Origin: Bispira polyomma
Taxonomy: Eukaryota
DNA length: 64,000 nucleotides
Assembly: GCA_965649765.1 (NCBI GenBank)
Contig: OZ287755.1
Location: forward strand, 40,486,001 to 40,550,000
Direction: 5' to 3'
Under the pieces are notes generated by a model. That model saw only the letters and a list, made by a program, of their open reading frames with translations, was not told where the DNA came from and did not search any database. The translations under genes and the position numbers were made by a program. Below, one piece after another: positions 62,259 through 64,000 of this stretch; the stretch's first letter is position 1, and every line of letters starts with the position of its first letter.

Positions 62259-64000
62259 TGTAGTTGATTATAATCAGTCATATTGTCAACTAATTCTGAT
62301 TAATGTTTTAATGTTTCCACAAAGTGATGTGATAATTAATGTGATGAAAACAATTATTTCCTCAGCAGTTTGATGTTTAATACCATTTAAAACATAAATA
62401 ATAATGGTTAGTTAATCCTTTTCCTACAAACATTTCTTTTTTTAATTCAAACATGATTTATTGCCAATTGCCCACACCTCAAGGCCACTGAGGTTCTTGT
62501 CCAAAAATACAATATAATAGTAAATATAATAGTTACTTACAAATAAAACAGCTTTTTCTAAAAATACAATTACATATCCGTGATGAAGATTAATTAAATG
62601 CCAGTAAATCTGTGAGTGATATATAACTGCACTATATGAAATAGTTTTTTATCTCTGTCAAAACACGACAGTCCAAAGAATAAAGATTTGGTTAAATCAT
62701 TTTTACTCATGTTACTCAAAGGAAAATAACTATTTATGTTTTGCACCATTTATTTCCTTTGGGCAGCAAAACATGGACATATCAACAAATAATGAGTTGT
62801 ATCCTTTAGGTGAGCTTGACAATATAGACAACATTTTCCATGGTAATTAAGGCCGAGGCCACTTAAACCTATTCTCAGTCTGTTGTGCTATTGAGCAGAC
62901 TTGCCTACATTTTGTCAGACATAGCTTTATGTTTTATCTTTGATTTAAATACTTCAATTGATAACATGATGCTTTAATTGAGTCTGTTCCATTGCCTAAC
63001 AACTGATCAGAAAAAATTTAAATACTACTCTTTGTGGCAAGTTCAATATTTTTGCTGTTACTCAGATTATTATTTTGGCTTGCATGAACAATTGGACGGC
63101 AGAGGTTGACTGGGTTTCAGGTGCTAGGTTATTCCAGATCTTACACATCAGAACAGGCACATGTCAATTGAAGCCAACAATTTCGTTAGGTCTTGGTTAA
63201 GGCTTAGTTCTGAAAGTATTGGGTAAATAGAAACCTTGCAATTGTAATTGTAATTATGCAATTATTACATGCAATGCATTTTGGCTTTTATGTGTAATAT
63301 AGTCGATGAAAATCACTATGAATGATATTGGTTCCTTTCTTTTTTTGGTAATGCACTCGTACATATTTGTCATGAAATCTGTCATAGCATTTGTTGGGAG
63401 ATGTGGATGAGTACACTGTGTTTTACGTATATTTTAACGTTACAGATATACGATACACATAACTTCTTGTTGCACTTGATATATCAATAACTCTGTATAA
63501 GACATCTAAAAGCTTTGTTAAATTGGGCATAATTTGTACATTTATGTCATCACCAGATCCTATGATATCATATAACCATATTAGTAAGACTTTCGTTTGG
63601 GCTGAACTAACGAAAACTTAACTAATACTTTCCATTTACCAACAGAGTTGTTTAGTTACTGTCTGGTAGATTTGTCGTTACACCTTCGTTTGTTGGCATT
63701 TTAACAAAGGTTTCGATTAATGGGGCCTAGATTTGTTAATGGACCATCGATATTCAAAAGACTTAAGTCCACACTCTGAACTGATTCATCCATCCAAGGC
63801 AACTTTTCTTACATCAGTGGAATTACTGCCAAATTCAAATACCCCAGGCCCCTCTTGGGAAGTACACAACTTGATCAAGCGAACAGTCTGGGTTATTTAG
63901 GAATCACCTTTAATTCTAAAATAACTTGGATGACAATTATAGGTTAGTTGTATTTTGAAACTCACACAAAAAAGACTCAGTTTGTCTCATTACGTAAACA

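Larger units (their letters stand above)
23600..62420. repeat. Local segmental triplication carrying the GPCR genes
   Basis: 23620-24200 ~ 30640-30736+34900-35480; 26000-26170 ~ 42295-42470 ~ 53085-53260; 42300-43680 ~ 53085-53990; 43800-45850 ~ 55160-57200; 29215-29360 ~ 62258-62400. Confidence 0.85.

Overview
AT-rich, intron-containing eukaryotic DNA, probably from a marine invertebrate; the taxon cannot be fixed from sequence alone. Host genes: (1) an intact spliced theta-class glutathione S-transferase (CDS 3316-7155); (2) a six-exon gene, largely invisible in the ORF track, for a predicted secreted 251-aa 'headless and tailless' integrin-beta protein (signal peptide + PSI + four I-EGF modules, 16258-18785); (3) three tandem single-coding-exon rhodopsin-class GPCR paralogues on the minus strand (two intact, one frameshifted) in a local segmental duplication that also carries GST-theta pseudo-exons. 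About a quarter of the window is three Ngaro/DIRS-type tyrosine-recombinase (YR) retrotransposons: one decayed, one internally deleted with perfect split direct repeats, and one nearly intact. Other repeats are Harbinger remnants, a Helentron-type non-autonomous element with a 140-bp tandem array, a foldback MITE, L2/CR1 LINE fragments and SINEs. Main leads: a same-phase splice donor/acceptor pair in the YR elements predicting a spliced Gag-N/recombinase fusion; a conserved structured non-coding segment in their A2-B2 spacer; paralogous empty sites that expose the integration junctions; and the secreted integrin-beta leg protein. All alignments and RNA pairings were done by eye and need computational confirmation.
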